Shown here: positions 62,301 to 64,000 of the stretch, one piece after another | How positions within the stretch are numbered: position 1 is the first letter of the stretch | How the letters are laid out: each line of letters starts with the position of its first letter | Assembly: GCA_905178155.1 (NCBI GenBank) | Contig: CAJINV010000004.1 | Location: 6,910,358 to 6,974,357 of the forward strand | Direction of reading: 5' to 3' | Length of the DNA: 64,000 bases | Source of the DNA: Amoebophrya sp. A120 | Lineage: Eukaryota > Protista > Dinoflagellata | Notes under the pieces: generated by a model | What the model was told of the DNA's origin: nothing | Seen by the model: only the letters and a program-made list of their open reading frames with translations | Database searches by the model: none | Made by a program: the position numbers and the translations under genes

Positions 62301-64000
62301 ACCAACCAACCGACCAACCAACCCACCCCGAATTAACGCCTACAGGCACACGCCTACTCAAATTGTAATACAAATCGGGTCAGCATTACAAACCAAATTT
62401 GTAATGAGGATCTACCTTAGCAACTAGATTTGTAAGAGGCTGTACGATTAATCGACCCCCTTTTCGATACCGAAAAGGGGGGTAGAAGCGGGAATCTGAT
62501 CGAGCTTACCCCCCCACGCCCCCCTTTTCTAAATCCGGGGGCTGTTTATCGCGAAACCTATCGCGAATCTGAATCCGGGCGGCACGGCGCGCTTGACACC
62601 TTTCGCCGCTTTGTTTTTTCAAAAGCGCAGCCACATGCGGTGCCCAGCTACAGCTAGCTTCGCTGGATTGTGACGCGCACTACCGTGCGCAAAGTACACA
62701 GCGCCGACGCTATGGAGCGAGTTCTTGTTTGTTCTTTTTCTTTCAAAAAAAAAAAGCGCAAGAGAAGCAAAGCGTAAGCGACGCGCTTTCTGCTTCTCAA
62801 AATAAAGCCGGCCCCGTTTCTCCCAAGACAAAGGGGGCGGCTTTCTTTCGCAGAACCCAGCAGCAGCACAGCTACCCTGGAGTAAATCATCTCCAACTTG
62901 ATAACAATCCCAGTTGGTAGCTGTAGACGTAGACCGTGGACCTACAGCGGAAAAAAAGAACTGCTTCGCAGTAACTTGGGCGCAGTTTGTAGAAGTAAAC
63001 CCACTGTGGAGCAGCTCTATTACTCAAAAACGAAAGCTGTTCGCGATGCATCACGACGAAGCTTCTTCTCCTGCGAAGTAACTCTATTGCACAAAAACAG
63101 TGCTGCGACGCAATAGACCACCAGGAGGCAGCTACTTAGAACGCAGCATTGCACAACCACCCTCGGGCTGTTGAAGCGACCATCCCAGCACTTCCTGCAT
63201 TTGGAAAAGCAGCTGAGACGGCCACTTCGACCACTGGGGCGGCACGTTCTCCGCTGCATGTTCTCCGCTGCACGCACACACCAGCGCGCGCCGCGGGCTT
63301 TTTTTCAGTTTGCGCGCGCGCATCACGCGCTTTAACCGTTTTCTGTTGTTGCATCCGTATGCCGATCCGCGCGCGCCGCCCGCGCGCGCCCTCCCAAGAA
63401 ATTTCTGTTGTTCTGTTTCATTCTGTTCCAGCCACGCCGCAGAAACCGCAGCAGAAGAGAGACACGCTGAGAAACCGCAGTAAACAAAACGAGAGCTTTT
63501 TTGCCGGGGCGGGAAGTTGCGGATTTAGATTTTTGAAGTCCGAAAAGAAAAACTGGTCACCCGGCCATTTCTGGATACGACCCGCCAGACGACCGACCGC
63601 ACCTACCCCCCCCTTTTCGGTATCGAAAAGGGGGCCCATTAATCGTACGGCCTCTAATGCATAACTGCCATTAGCACGAGTACGATACTTTTGCACAAGA
63701 TACAAAGGGCATACAGACGATTTGCGTGGCGTTCGACGCGAAAATGCAGTTCTGTTTCAAGGCTTGCTTGTTTTCTTCGTCTCGTAATTTTTCGATCTTG
63801 TCAAAGTACGCCTTTTCCCACACGAAGTATTTCAGTATATGACAGCGCACAACCCCCCCCTCCCAGTCCCACCCATTTGTCATGCAAAATCCCAAATCCA
63901 GTCGCTTCCCTGCTGTGGCACTGTTTGCATGACAAATTTCGAAAGCCCAAACATACAGTACTACAGTACGAGGCACATAAATTTGTAATGCGCAAGCTCC
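50399..64000 (-). CDS. ABC transporter, subfamily C (MRP-like); 5' end outside the window
   Basis: TMD1 ILKYFVWE; NBD1 [42 protein letters not shown]; TMD2 WFDSTPIGRITNRLS.D, RWLGVRVE, SVERLTEY; NBD2 GRTGAGKSSL, LRYNLDPF, LSVGERQLLCLAR, DEATASVD, IAHRL. Motifs appear only after removing 23 introners. Confidence 0.93.
50522..50673 (-). other. Canonical GT-AG intron
   Basis: gat aag|GTATAG...GTACCAG|gtc ctt gives YDKVLVLDNGHVAEFG. Confidence 0.85.
50892..51153. mobile_element. Introner family A
   Basis: TSD ggtcc/gctcc. Confidence 0.9.
51316..51521. mobile_element. Introner family G
   Basis: TSD gccat/gccat. Confidence 0.85.
52420..52605. mobile_element. Introner family B (diverged)
   Basis: TSD gacta/gactg. 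Confidence 0.78.
52720..53024. mobile_element. Introner family D
   Basis: TSD tgggc/tgggc; splits the NBD2 Q-loop. Confidence 0.9.
53598..53711. mobile_element. Introner family I
   Basis: TIR tatccaggaaaaaaca..ccatccccatcca; TSD gtagg/gtagg. Confidence 0.88.
54147..54300. mobile_element. Introner family B
   Basis: TSD cgtgt/cgtgt. Confidence 0.9.
54387..54672. mobile_element. Introner family A (diverged)
   Basis: TSD cagcg/cagcg; right end ACA. Confidence 0.8.
54702..54850. mobile_element. Introner family B
   Basis: TSD gatgg/gatgg. Confidence 0.9.
54978..55123. mobile_element. Introner family B
   Basis: TIRs; TSD gcagc/acacc (degenerate). Confidence 0.85.
55201..55481. mobile_element. 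Introner family A
   Basis: TSD aaagg/aaagg. Confidence 0.88.
55591..55810. mobile_element. Introner family H
   Basis: TSD aacat/aacat. Confidence 0.88.
55872..56027. mobile_element. Introner family B
   Basis: TSD gcggg/gcggg. Confidence 0.88.
56260..56521. mobile_element. Introner family A
   Basis: TSD cgaca/cgaca. Confidence 0.92.
56598..56854. mobile_element. Introner family A
   Basis: TSD ccgag/ccgag. Confidence 0.92.
56945..57185. mobile_element. Introner family F
   Basis: TSD ctcca/cccca. Confidence 0.9.
57448..57613. mobile_element. Introner family L (weak TIR)
   Basis: TAT...ATA; TSD ccgca/ccgga; several core motifs. Confidence 0.7.
58076..58299. mobile_element. Introner family H
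   Basis: Long TIRs; TSD ccacc/ccagc; splits IALARAVY. Confidence 0.92.
58340..58497. mobile_element. Introner family B
   Basis: TSD gtgcc/gtgac; splits GVTLSGGQ. Confidence 0.9.
58528..58677. mobile_element. Introner family B
   Basis: TSD tctcg/tctcg. Confidence 0.92.
58715..58871. mobile_element. Introner family G (short)
   Basis: TSD ggctc/ggctc. Confidence 0.85.
59271..59533. mobile_element. Introner family A
   Basis: TSD ggttt/ggttt. Confidence 0.92.
60228..62359. mobile_element. Non-autonomous DNA transposon, 65-bp TIRs, 8-bp TSD (hAT- or MULE-like)
   Basis: TIRs 60231-60295 and 62292-62356 (1 mismatch); TSD aaattgta at 60220-60227 and 62360-62367; no transposase ORF recognised. Confidence 0.88.
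60470..61050. repeat. Imperfect ~45-75-bp tandem array inside the 2.1-kb element
   Basis: About 9 copies of gcctattggccacgcctaccgacctacccacccacctgcctggtggg... Confidence 0.9.
62436..63654. mobile_element. Non-autonomous PIF/Harbinger-like element (TAA TSD)
   Basis: ~50-bp TIRs gaggcYgtacgattaat...ccccttttcgataccgaaaagggg; TSD TAA at 62433-62435 and 63655-63657. Confidence 0.88.
63838..64000. mobile_element. Introner family H (truncated by the window edge)
   Basis: Starts tatgacagcgcacaacccc; interior resembles 55591-55810. Confidence 0.8.

Larger units (their letters stand above)
60190..63702. mobile_element. Introner family B expanded to 3.5 kb by two nested insertions
   Basis: Pieces 60190-60227, 62368-62435 and 63658-63702 join into a ~150-bp B element colinear with 58528-58677; TSD gcaag/caaag (degenerate). 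Confidence 0.88.

Noticed and set aside
1-64000. Dinoflagellate spliced-leader relics, tRNA or rRNA genes
   Set aside because: I saw no CCGTAGCCATTTTGGCTCAAG-like string or structural RNA by eye; a computational scan is still needed.
787-64000. Core motif as an RBFOX (UGCAUG) element
   Set aside because: GCATTACA and GCATCACA variants are also frequent and occur on both strands, which does not fit a strict GCAUG RNA site.
787-64000. Genes as pseudogenes destroyed by MITEs
   Set aside because: Exons keep open frames and intact catalytic motifs across dozens of insertions, which indicates purifying selection.

Overview
Eukaryotic protist DNA. Gene architecture suggests an Amoebophrya-like (Syndiniales) parasitic dinoflagellate, inferred by eye and not from a database hit. 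Seven protein-coding genes all lie on the minus strand: a URB1/Npa1-like protein, a repeat protein, two tandem DXD glycosyltransferase paralogs, a 3-TM protein, an R/E/G-rich protein and an ABCC transporter. Their coding sequences are interrupted by about 94 short non-autonomous TIR elements (mostly 114-327 bp) that behave as non-canonical introns (introners). Almost all read TAT...ATA and have a 5-bp target-site duplication (TSD). Wherever I translated across one, removing the element plus one TSD copy restored the frame. My family labels, by TIR core: A=TAT-N4-TGCAAAWATGTCTGGGTCTGGAA; B=TAT-N4-TGCAAAAGTATCG; C=TATCCTGAGTAAAAACG; D=TATGAAAGCCTCAG; E=TATGGRAGYGTCAGGAT; F=TATGGCGTTCTCAACTGTTACA; G=TATN3AGAAAAAA; H=TATGASAGTGCACAAC; I, J, K and L are rarer. 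Families with unrelated TIRs all carry multiple copies of one internal motif, GCATNACAAA, in both orientations. Highlights: a twin insertion leaving a net 1-nt exon, an introner hosting two larger DNA transposons, a same-site introner in two diverged paralogs, and canonical GT-AG introns with introner remnants. All coordinates and splice models were read by eye without RNA data.
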